The notes under the pieces were generated by a model. That model worked only from the letters and a program-made list of their open reading frames with translations, had not been told where the DNA came from and made no database searches. The translations under genes were made by a program, and so were the position numbers. Shown piece after piece: positions 49,387 through 62,713 of a stretch of DNA of 64,000 nt (within the stretch, counting starts at the first letter, position 1; each line of letters opens with the position of its first letter). The stretch spans positions 124,001-188,000 of the forward strand of contig OX442314.1 of the NCBI GenBank assembly GCA_949358305.1. The letters run 5' to 3'. The DNA is from Strigamia acuminata (lineage: Eukaryota).

Positions 49387-51281
49387 ATTGTGGAGTCTGG
49401 ACACATTAAACCAAATCCGAATAAGGTGACGGCAATTCAATATTTTCCGGCGCCTACCAATATCAAAGAATTACAAAGATTCAAAGGAATGATTGGCTAT
49501 TATCAGTCATTTTTCCCAAATTATTCAAAAACATGCGAGGTGTTTCGCCCTTTGCTCAAAAAAGATTCCGAGTGGAAATGGACGATTCAACACCAAGAAG
49601 CATTTGATTCACTCAAGAGAGGATTGGCAGAACCAACTCTACACCGGAAGTTCCCAGATTGGACCAAGCCATACATATTACAGACAGACGCCAGCTATTC
49701 GGGTTTGGGCGCTGCACTTATGCAACTCAATGATCAAGGTGAGCGAACACCAATCGCCTTTGCATCACGTGCATTAAATTCTGCTGAGAAGAATTACAGC
49801 GTCACCGAGATTGAATGCTTGGCGGCGGTTTGGGCGGTCAAGAGATTTCGGGTGTATCTTGAGATGATGAATTTTTATTTGGAAAGCGATCATTTGTCGT
49901 TAAAGTGGCTTTTCCAGCAGCGAGAACCAAAAGGACGCCTGGCACGATGGGTTTTGTCCCTCAGTGAGTATGGATTCACATTTCTTTACTGTTCGGGAGC
50001 ACAGAATCGTGTTGCGGATGCTTTGAGCCGTGCGCCTGTGGAACCATCGGAACCATTGGATGCGGACGACTCGCCTCTCGTTGATGAAACATGCTACATC
50101 GCCTATTTTGACGACCCAAATGATTGGCCAAAATTACCAATAATCAACATTATTGGAGTTGGATTAGCTGCGGCACAACAACGAAATGACGCAGCTGTGA
50201 TGACGAGAGCGCAGAGACGACAACAGCAAGTTAAACCAAAATTGGGCAGGCCAAAGGGTTCTAAAAGTAAGAAGAGACCGCCACCAAATTATCAGGTATT
50301 AACTCGAGCCAGAGCACGTCAGCAGGCACAGGTTTCGACGCCTCATGGAGCTGACGCACCACTATCGCCTTTGATATCGCCCTTGCCATCGCCAAATTTG
50401 CCGACTACATCGTGTCCAACCCCTAATATGTTGAGCCCACCTGCAGGACCATCCGGAGCTGCACGACCGAATTTTGACGGATATGGAGGTCCGGATTCGG
50501 ATTCGTCGGACGATTCAACAACATATCGACCGGCATGGATGGGACGTGCAGGATTTATTCTACAACAAGTGCGTCAAGATCGATCACAATTTCAAAGAAA
50601 TGCATCGAGACGACCAATTGCTGATGAGCAACAGGACGAAGAAGAAGATGAGGCCGAACAAGCACATGATGCGCCGCAGGATCACCAACCTTTTCGTCTG
50701 ATACCAACAATTAACGAAATAATTTGCCGACAACACGAAGACACGTGGAGCGCCGAATTGATCGAATATCTTGATCAAGGACATTTACCCAATGACCAAG
50801 TACAAGCAGCACGTATCAAATATCGTGCCGTAGATTTTGCTATTTATAAGGGAATGTTGTGTCGCTATCCACCGATCGACATAAATAAAATTCGCCGTAG
50901 AAGACAAATCTATTTGCCCTTAGTGTTACGTGAACAATATTTCAAGGCTCTGCATTACCCGCCGAGCTGCGGACATTTAGGAGTTGAAAAAACACTTCAT
51001 CGACTCCGGGCCCGAGTTTATTGGCCAAAAATGAAAGAGGACGTTTTGCTTTGGATTCAGAAATGTGAACCGTGTCAACGAGCTAAGTCGTTGAATCGCC
51101 TCCCATATGGACCAATGATTATGGCCAAACCACGACATTTGTTTCACACAATTTACATCGACTATTACGGTAAAAAGCCCCGATCGATTGGAGGACATTG
51201 TTACGCATTAGTAATTGTAGATGCCGCCAGTCGATGGTTGGATGTGAGATTGACTGAAGCATCTGACTGGAAGACAACAAT

Positions 51282-54200
51282 CAGTGTTGTGCGCGGTACA
51301 CACAACATGGACCGCGGTCCCGGTACGCGTTACTGTACCGGCCGCAAAAAAGTAACGCGGTCCCGGTACGCGTTACTTCCAACGATACCGCGGTCCCGGT
51401 ACGCGTTACACCGTGTACCGCGTTCCAATACCGCGGTCCCGGTACAGTACCGAGACCGCGATTTTGCGGTACATCTCGCGGTACGCGATATTCTCGAGAA
51501 AACACGAGATTCTCGAGAAAACACGAGATTCTCGAGAAAACACGAGATTCTCGAGAAAACACGAGATTCTCGGTGCTTTCTCTCAATTTAAAAATTGTTT
51601 GTTTATTTACAAGCTTCTAAAAATAAAAATTCATATATTTTTATTGTTTATTTTAAATTTTGTAATTTTAAAAATTTAAAGTAATAATAAATAAAATAAC
51701 TTGACCTTAGACTAATAAATAAATTTGTTCTTATTTTAATTCATGGCATTGGACATTGTGTTACTACTGGTAACATACTGGCCTTACTTTTTTAAAGACC
51801 AAAAAATTGAAAAAACATCATCCTACTCCTGTATTAAAAAATGGGCGCCGGCAGGTTGCTAGCGCGCATGCGTATTTACCCGGTGCTTCACAGTGAAGCA
51901 CTGGCGCAAACCAACGCCATTTTTTTATGGGTTTTAGATTTTTTTAAACTGTTTTTCAACAGTTTTAATCTGGTTTCTGTGCATTTTAACAGCTTTTAAT
52001 AACAAACAACATGTACAAATACATGTACATGTACAAATTTTTATCGAGGTCCAGAAAAAAAAAACTCATAATACTTTTAAATTTTTATTTTGACTCATTT
52101 ACGTAATTATATATAATATATATATATATAATATAATATAAACACCAAAATAAAACAAAAATGACCAAAAAAAAAACAAAAAAACACCAAAATATAACAA
52201 AAAACACCAAAAAACACAAAATAAAACACCAAATTAAAACAAAAAAACACCAAAATAAAACAAAATAAAACACCAAATTAAAACAAAAAAACACCAAAAT
52301 AAAACAAAAAATACACCAAACTAAAACAAAAAATACACACAAATAAAACAAAAAAAACACCAAAATAAAACAAAAAATACACAAAAATAAAACAAAAAAA
52401 CACAAAAATAAAATTTTAAAAACAAAAATAATGCACAAAAAACAAAAAAAGACAACAAAATAAAACAAAAAGAACACAAAAAACATCAAAAACACAAAAA
52501 AACCCAAAAATACCAAAAATACCAAAATAATATATAATATAAAATATTTGGCGGTCCAAGTTTCGACCTTCCGCCTGTTGCCGATCGCTGCATTAAAGTT
52601 TAGCACTGTAAAATTGCTTCAACAATAGTAGACACTCAAATAGGTCGTCGGATAGTTTGTTCCTGTGGGGGGTCAAGATTATTTTCCCTCTACTAAATAA
52701 TCTTTCCACAGGAGCACTCGAAGTCAGTGAAGTGTTGTAACGCAAGAACAATTCTTTAATCAATGGGTACTTATGCAGTGAACTGATTGTTGTATCACTG
52801 GCAATCAAGTACTCATCAACAATGAATACGGCACGACTTCTGATTTCATCTGCTGCTCGATTACGCATTACATTTAAGGAAAACAGTTCAAATCGGGAAT
52901 CATCTGCACTTTTATCAAGATTCATGGGTTCCTCAACAGCTGGGTTTACTTGCGTTGTCAAAAGTTCAACTACTGCCGAAATCAACATTTGTTTCGCATT
53001 TTCGAGTTTTGGTTCCGACCTTAGCCATTTAAGTTTTAGGAAAGGAAGGGTAACCGATGCTAAAATGAATTCCTTCTGCTCGTAGTATCGCTGAAACCTC
53101 TTACTGATGCCGTTTAAGAGTGCAGTTGCCAGTGGTTGCGTATGGTTCAAACTGGGCTGTAAACGTTCGAGTCGAATAACCAAGGTTTGAATTGTCGGCA
53201 ACAGAATCCCCAAAAAACATTCTTTCTCACCTTGGAGTGAGTCGAGGGCACTAACAAGATGGCTCATCACCTGCAGATATTCATTTAAGAACGCTCTCTC
53301 CAATGATGAAAGCACGACCAACTTCAGTTGCAAGTAAATCTGATTTGCTGTCGAGATGGGGAGTTCAATTATCTTTTTTACTGCACGATACCACGAATTC
53401 CACCGCGTGTTTACTGGCACAATTAATGCATGTTTGGTAAAAGTCCTAATTGTGTCGGCTCCAACTGTACTACGAGAATAGCGGTTCCACAGGTTGGCAC
53501 ACTTCTGAATTGAAGTTGCATAAAGTTCACAATATGAATCGGATGCAGTTGAAGCCATTTTCGCGTCAGTCGTTGCAATTAAGTTGAGTGTGTGGGCGGC
53601 GCATCGTAAATGAGGGGGTAAGTAAATGTCTTGGGTGTCAATTTCATTGTCAGCTGTTAAAACAGCATCCAAATCAAAGTCCGTGATACAAACTACTTCT
53701 GCACTTGTATATTCACTAAAACGTTCGTAATTAACAGCACCATCTTGATCCTCCTCTTCTTCAGCATCACTGGTACTTGCAGCATCTTCCTCTTCGTTCT
53801 TGTCCCCAAACTGAATTTGGAATTCATTAAACGCTTTCACAAAATTACTTCCATTATCCGTAATCGTGTGAGTAATTTTGTTTAAAATGCCAAATTTTTC
53901 AAAAACAAAAACAAGCTTTTCCGCAATTGCATTAAACGTATGGGAGCCGATCATTCTCGTGCACGCAATTCCAACTGATTTCCGTTCGAACGAATCATCG
54001 GTCAGCCAATGAGCTGTGATTCCTAAATAACTCTTGTTGTTAGCAGTCCACATATCTGCAGTCGTGCACACAAACTTTACTTTACTGAATATCGTTGTTA
54101 AGTCATGTAGAGCAGTCTCGTATTCACCTCGAATCAACCCGGTTAGTTTCTTACGACCTGGAAGCGTGGTTTTTGCCCAACCTGTGCAAAGAGCACGGAA

Positions 54201-56637
54201 CGCTGGTTTATCGACGGCAGATAACGGCAACATCTCGTCAACAATGTATCGCACTATCAACTTATCACTTTCCTTTTCAGTTAAAGCATGTAGCATTTCA
54301 GGACGCCAGTTTGAAAGAGTGGTCTGGCGCTTAACCGATCCAACACCAACACGATTGTTTTCCCGTTGTCTCTTACGCGGTTGCACACTGGCTTTGCTTT
54401 TGGTGTATTCCTTAAACTCCATCAAATGCTGTCGTTGCAAGTGCTTGGTTAGATTCGAATTTGAATTACTTGCAGTGGATAGTATACTTTTCTTCGGACA
54501 CAACTGGCATCGCGTTTGAAAGTTAAATGAGGAGCCATTCGAAAATCGCACAATTGCTTCCATTAGAAGAGGTTCTGGTTTAAAATGTTTGACCAAATAC
54601 CCAAGTGTTTGTAAAATTTTGTCGTTACATTTAGTGGCACATGTTTCGAATTGATCATCATATGGAACAAGAACATCATCTTCAACTTCTTCTTCCTGTT
54701 GGTTTAACAAATCAATTGATGTGTTAAATTGAGAAACTGTTTGCGATGGTTGATTCATTATATCAAAGCTGCTGTGAGACGAGACGACACAATCGGACAC
54801 TAGAAACTAGTCAACGAAGCGTATGGTTTTATTCGAACGAAACAAGGCAATTTATACAAGCAAGAAATAACGTGTGAGGATGTGATAGGCTGGTCAACGG
54901 AATTCTGATGTGATAGGCTGGCCAAAGCCCAAAGGTATTCAAATGTGGTGACCGGTCAAAGGTCAGCAAACAAAATGGCAAGGTGGTCCAATTTATACAA
55001 ATGAAATGAAATGACAATCAACAATACTAGCATTAAAAATCGATTAAAAACCGATTTAAACCTAAAAAATAATTAGAAAACATAAAAAACCGATGAAAAC
55101 CGTAAAAAACCATTAAAAAACCGATTAAAACTGAAAAAAAAATCATTAAAAACCACAAAAAACCGCTTAAAACTGAAAATAACTATAAGAAATCATAAAA
55201 TAAAAGATTAAAACTGTTTAAAAACAGTTAAAAAACATCAAAAACCAATAAAAAAAATGGCGTCGTTGTGTGCTGCAGTGAAGCACCGGGTAAATGCAGA
55301 GTTGCCGACGTGATGGCTGGCTAGTCAAAGCCCAAAGGTATTCAAACGTGGTGACCGGTCAAAGGTCAGCAAACAAAATGGCAAGGTGATCCAATTTATA
55401 CAAATGAAATGAAATGACAATCGACAATACTAGGATTAAAAATCGATTAAAAACCGATTTAAACCTAAAAAATAATTAGAAAACATAAAAAACCGATGAA
55501 AACCGTAAAAAACCATTAAAAAACCGCTTAAAACTGAAAATAACTATAAGAAATCATAAAATAAAAGATTAAAACTGTTTAAAAACAGTTAAAAAACATC
55601 AAAAACCAATAAAAAAAATGGCGTCGTTGTGTGCTGCAGTGAAGCACCGGGTAAATGCAGAGTTGCCGACGTGATGGCTAGTCAAAGCCCAAAGGTATTC
55701 AAACGTGGTGACCGGTCAAAGGTCAGCACACTCAGCAAACAAAATGGCAAGGTGGTCCAATTTATACAAATGAAATGACAATTGACAATACTAGCATTAA
55801 AAATCGATTAAAAACCGATTTAAACCTGAAAACTTTTTAGAAAGCATAAAAAACCGATGAAAACCGTAAAAAACCATTAAAAAACCGATTAAAACTGAAA
55901 AAAAATCATTAAAACCCACAAAAAACCGCTTAAAACTGAAAATAACTATAAGAAATCATAAAATAAAAGATTAAAACTGTTTAAAAACAGTTAAAAAACA
56001 TCAAAAACCAATAAAAAAAATGGCGTCGTCGTGTGCTGCAGTGAAGCACCGGGTAAATACGCATGCGCACTAGCTCACTAGCAACCTGTCAGCGCGCATT
56101 TTTTAATAAAGACGATTTTTTTTAATTATTTGGTCTTTAAAAAAGTTAGGCCAGTGTGTTACCAGTAGTAACACACTTTATAGTGCCATCAATGCCATAA
56201 ATTAAAATAAGAACAAATTTATTTAGTCTAAAATCAAGTTATTTATTTATTATTATTTTAAAATTTTAAAATTACAAAATATAAAGAAATGATAAAAATA
56301 TATATATTTTTAGAAGCTGTGTATTCCTGGTTCCTGCAAAACGAGACAAATTAAAAACAGTTTTTAAATTTGTATGGGAAAACGAGAGAAAACACGATAT
56401 TCTCGTGTTTTCTCGCGTTTTCCCGTGGACCGCGAGATGTACCGCAAAAGCGGTCCGCGTTACACGTATTTATAAAAGTACCGCGGTCCCGGTACGCGGT
56501 ACTGTACCGGCCTTAAAAAAATACCGCGGTCCCGGTACTCACCATCGCAAAAGTAACGCGGTCCCGGTCCCGGTACAGTACCGCGTACCGGCGGTCCAGG
56601 ACCGCCGGTACAGGACCGCGTACCGCGCACAACACTG
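51282..56637 (-). mobile_element. Full-length hAT transposon, copy 2
   Basis: Same TIRs, ACAACAAT TSD and site as 9659-15014, so it was duplicated with the host unit. Confidence 0.97.
52593..54800 (-). CDS. hAT transposase with BED finger, copy 2
   Basis: Same translation as 10970-13177. Confidence 0.95.
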   Translation of the reverse strand: MSDCVVSSHSSFDIMNQPSQTVSQFNTSIDLLNQQEEEVEDDVLVPYDDQFETCATKCNDKILQTLGYLVKHFKPEPLLMEAIVRFSNGSSFNFQTRCQLCPKKSILSTASNSNSNLTKHLQRQHLMEFKEYTKSKASVQPRKRQRENNRVGVGSVKRQTTLSNWRPEMLHALTEKESDKLIVRYIVDEMLPLSAVDKPAFRALCTGWAKTTLPGRKKLTGLIRGEYETALHDLTTIFSKVKFVCTTADMWTANNKSYLGITAHWLTDDSFERKSVGIACTRMIGSHTFNAIAEKLVFVFEKFGILNKITHTITDNGSNFVKAFNEFQIQFGDKNEEEDAASTSDAEEEEDQDGAVNYERFSEYTSAEVVCITDFDLDAVLTADNEIDTQDIYLPPHLRCAAHTLNLIATTDAKMASTASDSYCELYATSIQKCANLWNRYSRSTVGADTIRTFTKHALIVPVNTRWNSWYRAVKKIIELPISTANQIYLQLKLVVLSSLERAFLNEYLQVMSHLVSALDSLQGEKECFLGILLPTIQTLVIRLERLQPSLNHTQPLATALLNGISKRFQRYYEQKEFILASVTLPFLKLKWLRSEPKLENAKQMLISAVVELLTTQVNPAVEEPMNLDKSADDSRFELFSLNVMRNRAADEIRSRAVFIVDEYLIASDTTISSLHKYPLIKELFLRYNTSLTSSAPVERLFSRGKIILTPHRNKLSDDLFECLLLLKQFYSAKL

Positions 56638-57979
56638 ACAACAATCAAACAATTGCAAGGATTTATTCAGCGATGGGCATTTCCAAAAGTTATCATCAGT
56701 GATAATGCGCCAGCTTTCCGATCAATGGAATTCCAGGCTGCATGTCAGAGTTTTGGCGCCATCAATCGCTACACGGCTGTTTATCATCCACAGGGGAACT
56801 TAGCCGAGACACTAAACCAAGCATTAAAAAACTGCATTTTGGCTTATATTGAAGAGCATGTGCGCTGGGACGTTCACATTGGATATTTTGTGCTAGCAAT
56901 CAACTCAGCCTATCAAGCTTCGCTTCAATATTCTCCTTATCAAATGGTGACGGGACAAGAGGCGCGTTATCCAGGTGATTTCGATTCGGACACCGACGAT
57001 GGACAACCACTGCCGCCGGCACGAGCGCGAGAGACGCATGAATTGATGAGAGAATTGCGAAATAATGCCACTGCAAATTTACAAAAAGCTCAAATTAGAC
57101 ATAAACGTTGGTTTGATCGAAAAAGAAGACCACACGATTTCAAACCAGGCGATTTTGTGTCTGTTAAAAATCGACAATTGTCATCAGCGGACCGACAGTT
57201 TGCTGCAGGACTTCGACAGAGAACGGAAGGCGTTTACGTAATCCATAAATTAACTGGACCCAACACTGTCATTCTTATGGATAAAGATGGTCGTCGAATG
57301 CTGCCGTATAACGTCGTAGAATTGCGCCATTGGTTCAACGATGATGATGATCTAGACCAAACGGACGCAACAATGATCGAAAAACATGTTGCTGCGTTTA
57401 CATCGGAAATTGAAACCATCATCGCCTCATTTTCGATAAAATAACTTAATTTCTTTTCATTTTATAATTTTATTTCTTTCTTTACTTTACCTAACCTTCT
57501 TTCTTTCTTGTGTTTATGGTTTTCCCTACTTTAAACCAAATATTTATGGAGGATAGACGCTGAAAATAGTAAGTAAAGATTAGTTTAGGAATTTGAAATT
57601 CATCAATTTAAAATGATGATACAAAAATTTTACTGAGTCCAAACTCATGCTTCTTCGAAATGCGTGATCAAATCTCGTTCACGCGAGAGGTCCGTGTCAT
57701 TTTTTATGACGAGGCAACCCCGTAGCGAGACCGCGTGTATTAAAGACATGTGAGGGCACGACTTGGTCATTTCGAAATTAACTTGCGTCTAAATAGTCGC
57801 CTCTAAAACATTTAACAATCGCTAAATTTGAATTAATATTGTTAAAAATTGTGCGTCTATCAACCGTAAGTACTTTTTATCTCACAACAATTCATTTTTA
57901 ATTGAATATTTTCGTTAAAATAACTTTTTCTTTCTGGAAAATTTCCATTTCTTTTAGTTTCACTTTACTATAATTTATT

Positions 57980-58567
57980 ATGGCGTCCTACGATCCAAAT
58001 GTGACAATTACGATTCCAAAACCAACGCAAAAAGGTTATCCAAAGTACCTTCCGATGCCACCAATTGAAGCTTCGGGCGAAGGACTAGTACCGCGTTTTC
58101 ATCCGGACCACCCGAACGACCAAAGCTTCCCTAATTATGAACTGTGTCCAGTTTGTAGCGGGACAGGATCTGAAATTTATCAACTGCGGGCGCCACGTGA
58201 ATGCCGAGCGTGTCGGGGCGGCGGTGATTTGCGCCGTTGCAAGTTTCGGAAATGGATGCGCCTTATGTTCGCGTATGTGCTTGGATATGAATCGATAGAC
58301 AAAACATCGTTATCTGGAGTAGATTTTCCACCGCCAAGGATTCCATTCGGCAGTGCAAACGCCATCACTCGTTTTCGACATGCGCACGCCTCATATTTGG
58401 CGCGCATAAAGCAATTAGCAAGAGAAAAGGGAATCCGGCCTTTGATTTGGGAATATCCTGAAGGAGCCTACATAATTGCCGGCGAGCAACCTGCCGAACT
58501 TCCGGATCAGTTTGTGACGCCTGAAGGAAAGACCTACAATGTGGAATCGGGCCTGGAACTATGTTAA
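57980..58567 (+). CDS. Gypsy accessory ORF3 (CxxCxGxG zinc finger), unit 2
   Basis: Same translation as 25549-26136. Confidence 0.75.
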   Translation: MASYDPNVTITIPKPTQKGYPKYLPMPPIEASGEGLVPRFHPDHPNDQSFPNYELCPVCSGTGSEIYQLRAPRECRACRGGGDLRRCKFRKWMRLMFAYVLGYESIDKTSLSGVDFPPPRIPFGSANAITRFRHAHASYLARIKQLAREKGIRPLIWEYPEGAYIIAGEQPAELPDQFVTPEGKTYNVESGLELC

Positions 58568-58618
58568 CGGCGCCTAATGTAAAGAGCATATTCGGAGCCG
58601 GAAAGAGTTGCGGCGAAC

Positions 58619-60847
58619 TTGCCATTTCAACATTCAAATTTACGTCCACGACACACGTACGAGGAGCGTAGTACGCATCGATTGAAGGAATACACGCAAA
58701 GGGTAACAAAGAAAATTGGAGCGGAGGCAAACCGAGACGCTCACTTCGTGACAGGACGATCTGGACAAGCTTTGGACATTTCTTCGGTCATCATCGAGGA
58801 AAACGGAGCGGTTGGAGGAGCGCCTATCGCCTTACCTGTCGTCGAATCGACTAAAGAACTTTCGTTAAACGATCAAGTGGCTAAAAAGGTAGTAAAAAAT
58901 GAAGAAAACAGAAGAGAGAGAGAGAAAACTGGTAATGTCAACACGATGTCGACCCCGATCATCAAAACGGAATCGAGTGTGACGGCGGCGGAGGCGAAGC
59001 TGATCAGCGTTTCGACAGTGACCACTTCAAGCGCTGCTGCGCCGATTGTCATTCCTTATTTCTATGTCGTCAAAGACAAATCATCTTCGATTGAGACGTC
59101 CGAATCGAGCCAAGCTGCCCGATCTTTCGATGCCACCACTGTGACTCAATCGAATACGACGCCAAAGATGATGACTTCAGTCGTTGCGACATCGGTGCCG
59201 ATTACATATTCTGGAATTATGACCTCAAACACAAAAATGGACACTATCACAGATTTTAACACAAAATTAATCAAAGTTGATTTTTCCCCACAGGTTGACC
59301 GAGATATTAAGGCGCTATTAAACTTCACACCGTCTTCATCCATCGCGAATATTGCTGCCGAGATTGCGAGAGATGCGGGAGAATGCGCAAAAATCCACGA
59401 CATCAAGAAATTGGAGAGCAAGAGTTCAAATCCAATTGCTAAGGCCATTTCAGCGGTCTCGAGCGGATCGACGTCGTCGGAAGGATGCACATCTCTAAAG
59501 CCACGTTATCTCCAGGGATTCGACCGAAATGGATGTACGATGCGCCCGGACCGTATTTTCACCCAAATGTCTGAAATATTCCGGCGCCACGAGCTTGAGA
59601 TTCTGTACCCCATGGAGAACAGGGGCCAAGGACGAATCAACCTGAGATCTGAGGGATGGAATGAACTTTTCAGGATGTCGATTAACCTGGATTTCAACGT
59701 TAGCGCCTCGGATTTCAAAACGGTCGTCGGAACGATTTTCGGACGCCTCGAAGACATTGCGAAGGAAATTGAAGCGAAAATGACCAAAGACTGTACCGGA
59801 GACGAACACTCGGTGCAGCACCTCATTGTGCACGCTGTGCACTTTAATTTAAAAGAAATCATCACCCAAATGCATCAGAGTCGTCGTGACGCCGTCAAAC
59901 GATTTCGTGAGGCCGACGCGCTCAGGGAGGCCCAGCGACTGGAGGACGAGAAAAATGCGCCCACTAAGCCACCACTGGACCCAGAATTGATCATGACGGA
60001 GGATGAAATTAAGAACTTTTCAGAGAAGATTCTCATCGAGTTGGCGCCTGAAAAATTGGTGCAACAGTTTGAGGACGCAATCGCCGAAAATCCGAGATTG
60101 ACAGATCCCCGAACCAGATATTCATTCCGATACGACCCCGTAGTCGTGGCGGACACAGGAAAACTCGCCTCGGAGTTGTCATCGGATATGGGTTCTTCGA
60201 TGTCGGATGTCGAGTCGCTTCGCGAATCAACGGGTGACGAGGAAAACCACAAGGCATTTCTGGCGGCGCGGGAACATAATAAGATTGAAGTAATTCAGGC
60301 CGACGAACCTTTCAGACTTCCAGGAATTGGACGGGGCGGTGCAAAGGCTGGACGACGATCGCCATTGATGTCAAAGATGCCCAAGATGATTTTAACACCA
60401 CCAAAGGAAAACGACGACGATCCAGGCGAGGTTGTTACGCGTGAGAGTCTGCTTGAACCACCGCAGCCCAAAGAGAAGCGTCTCGTAGAGCCAACTTGCG
60501 CTTTGGCAATCATGGAGGAGATTATTCCGATTGATGATATTTTCTATTCGCTTCTGTGGGAACCAACTATCGAATTGGTCGTCGACTGGAAAATTTTATC
60601 GCGCCTGTTCGAAACGATCATCTTCTCGGACCTTCATCTTGACCACACCAAGGGAGAAAAGGTGTTGGCCGACCTTAAACAACACTATATTAAACATTTC
60701 CTGTATCGAGTAAACAAGATTGCCCGGAAGTGCTACGCGACTTCAAAACAACAAGTAAGAGTGATTCTTGTGAAAACGGCGCTTGGACTGGTTTATTGTG
60801 CGATAGACGGTTCTGGCCCATCTGCATTTTTGAATCACAGCGTTTAA
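58619..60847 (+). CDS. Gypsy accessory ORF4, unit 2
   Basis: Same translation as 26188-28416. Confidence 0.75.
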   Translation: MPFQHSNLRPRHTYEERSTHRLKEYTQRVTKKIGAEANRDAHFVTGRSGQALDISSVIIEENGAVGGAPIALPVVESTKELSLNDQVAKKVVKNEENRREREKTGNVNTMSTPIIKTESSVTAAEAKLISVSTVTTSSAAAPIVIPYFYVVKDKSSSIETSESSQAARSFDATTVTQSNTTPKMMTSVVATSVPITYSGIMTSNTKMDTITDFNTKLIKVDFSPQVDRDIKALLNFTPSSSIANIAAEIARDAGECAKIHDIKKLESKSSNPIAKAISAVSSGSTSSEGCTSLKPRYLQGFDRNGCTMRPDRIFTQMSEIFRRHELEILYPMENRGQGRINLRSEGWNELFRMSINLDFNVSASDFKTVVGTIFGRLEDIAKEIEAKMTKDCTGDEHSVQHLIVHAVHFNLKEIITQMHQSRRDAVKRFREADALREAQRLEDEKNAPTKPPLDPELIMTEDEIKNFSEKILIELAPEKLVQQFEDAIAENPRLTDPRTRYSFRYDPVVVADTGKLASELSSDMGSSMSDVESLRESTGDEENHKAFLAAREHNKIEVIQADEPFRLPGIGRGGAKAGRRSPLMSKMPKMILTPPKENDDDPGEVVTRESLLEPPQPKEKRLVEPTCALAIMEEIIPIDDIFYSLLWEPTIELVVDWKILSRLFETIIFSDLHLDHTKGEKVLADLKQHYIKHFLYRVNKIARKCYATSKQQVRVILVKTALGLVYCAIDGSGPSAFLNHSV

Positions 60848-61672
60848 AAAATTGACTTTGGAACCTACAAGTGACTTTGCGCCTCCTAAAAACCCATATA
60901 CGAACTGTTGTGTATGTGGACTTTATTTTTGTGATAATTGTGATACAAACAATGAGTGTTATAATTGTTAAAAGTGTGATTGTTATGCGCCTTGAAGAAG
61001 ATTTTCCGTTAAGTTCCGTGAAAACCCAAACGCCTACGAAAGAAGATAATATTCGTTTGCGAACTTTTTATTTTGATATTTATATTTTACTAATCATTTT
61101 GCTAATCATTTTTATTAACCATTTGTAATCATTGAAATTTTATTATCTTTATATTATGATAATTGACGCTAAATCAGCGCCTAATCAATATTTTCATTTA
61201 CTAATAATTTACATTTTTATAGAAATTTTGCCACTAATAAGCATTGTTAATTAATGATAAATTATTTAATCTTCTAGTCATAAAAAAAAAACAAAAAATA
61301 TTATTGTTAATTCCAAGTGTTATCAAATAATTTAACAAATTTTATTATTTTATATAGAATTTAGTCGTAATTAGCGCCTAAATGTCTATTAATTCTATTG
61401 ATTTTTAATCAAACGATTTTTTACAATATTCCTCTCCTAAACCCATTTGTTTGTGTTTGTTTGTTCTTGTCTGTAATTGCGCCAAGTTGTGCGCCTGTTG
61501 CGTCTGTCCAAATAAAACCCTACCTTTGTTATATGTTCATAAGTGAGATTGATATTGTTGATTCATTATTTTTATTTATCTTTATGTTCAAATTTTTACC
61601 AATTATGTTGTTAACTCCATTTAGATGTTGATTATATAAAAACCATATAATAAACATCTAGGTGGGGGGGAA

Positions 61673-62713
61673 TGTCACGGTCCTGACTTGAGCAGTAGTA
61701 ATTTTCAAAATTTTAAGCGCATTTTGCGCCCCTCCTTTAAATTTTTCCCAATTTTATTGAGAAATTGTTCTAGTTTCTTTAAATTATTTTATTTTCCCCA
61801 AATCTAAATTTATTATTTTATTTTATATTATTTTCCTTATTTTTGACATTTATCTTTAATCTGGCCTGGTTTTAATCACCCCATCCAGACAATTCATGAG
61901 AATTCTGCAATAAGTTGATATAATCGCGCTCTAAATTTGCATATTTCACCCCTGATCGCCTGTTTTCTGCTCGGTCCCCATTGGGAATTGACTTGGCCTT
62001 TGACATGTGATCAGAGGTGACTTGTTCTGTCAAGACACTTTGAACAGAGAGAATAATTTTCGCCTTCGACTAGTCAACATCTCCTGTCTTAACTAGGAAG
62101 ATTTCCAAGTGCGATTTATGTTGCGTCTCAACGCATACGGTCATTATGCAGCCCGAATTCTCATGGTTGGCTATCTAACCACTACATTTATTATTTGCCC
62201 ATTATTTGCGTACAAATTACTGGAAAAACGGCGTATTCGACGGTCTTAATTCGTCAATACATTTTATGCCACGACTGTGACTTCCTCCTCAGCCTAGACA
62301 TTTTGAACTCATACTCGTCTCAATTGCGTATTCATTTCATTATCGACGGTTCGACGACGTTGTCTGCGGTTTGGTACCTGTTTGCGCGTTCACCCAACGT
62401 TTGCGCGTGTTCAGGAGAAGAAACATACTCTTCGTAAGTACGCCTAGCATGTGACGACATTTTCCCTAGTGAAGAGCGATATTTTGGTCTTAATTCGAAA
62501 TATCAACGTTCGCCATTTTGTACGGCGCCCGAATTGAATCCTGCACCCATATAAAACAGATTTCACGAATAGACGCTGTCTTAACCTAGCTACCACCCCC
62601 GGCAAAGTTTTAAGAGTTGCAGCGCCTGCGAACCTAAATTTTCTGGTTATCACAATCCCTGGAAATTCTTAAATTTCCGAAACCATTGTTAAAAAGTCGA
62701 CTACGACGTGACA
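61673..62713 (+). repeat. Element A terminal 3' LTR
   Basis: PPT before, non-element sequence after; differs from the shared LTR at 62354 and 62598 at least. Confidence 0.96.

Larger units (their letters stand above)
46688..57444 (+). pseudogene. pol: Gypsy pol copy 4 (46688-48769, 49387-51281, 56646-57444); interrupted by the MITE and hAT
   Basis: The integrase C-half 56653-57444 is uninterrupted; one K>I substitution at 47238. Confidence 0.92.
29242..62713 (+). mobile_element. Ty3/Gypsy LTR retrotransposon A, tandem unit 2 (LTR to LTR), with nested insertions
   Basis: LTR, PBS, gag, pol, two accessory ORFs, PPT, LTR; the LTRs are 32431 bp apart. Confidence 0.95.

Noticed and set aside
51282..56637. 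Second hAT and the four MITE copies as independent transpositions
   Set aside because: Identical sites and TSDs show they were copied passively with the host segment.
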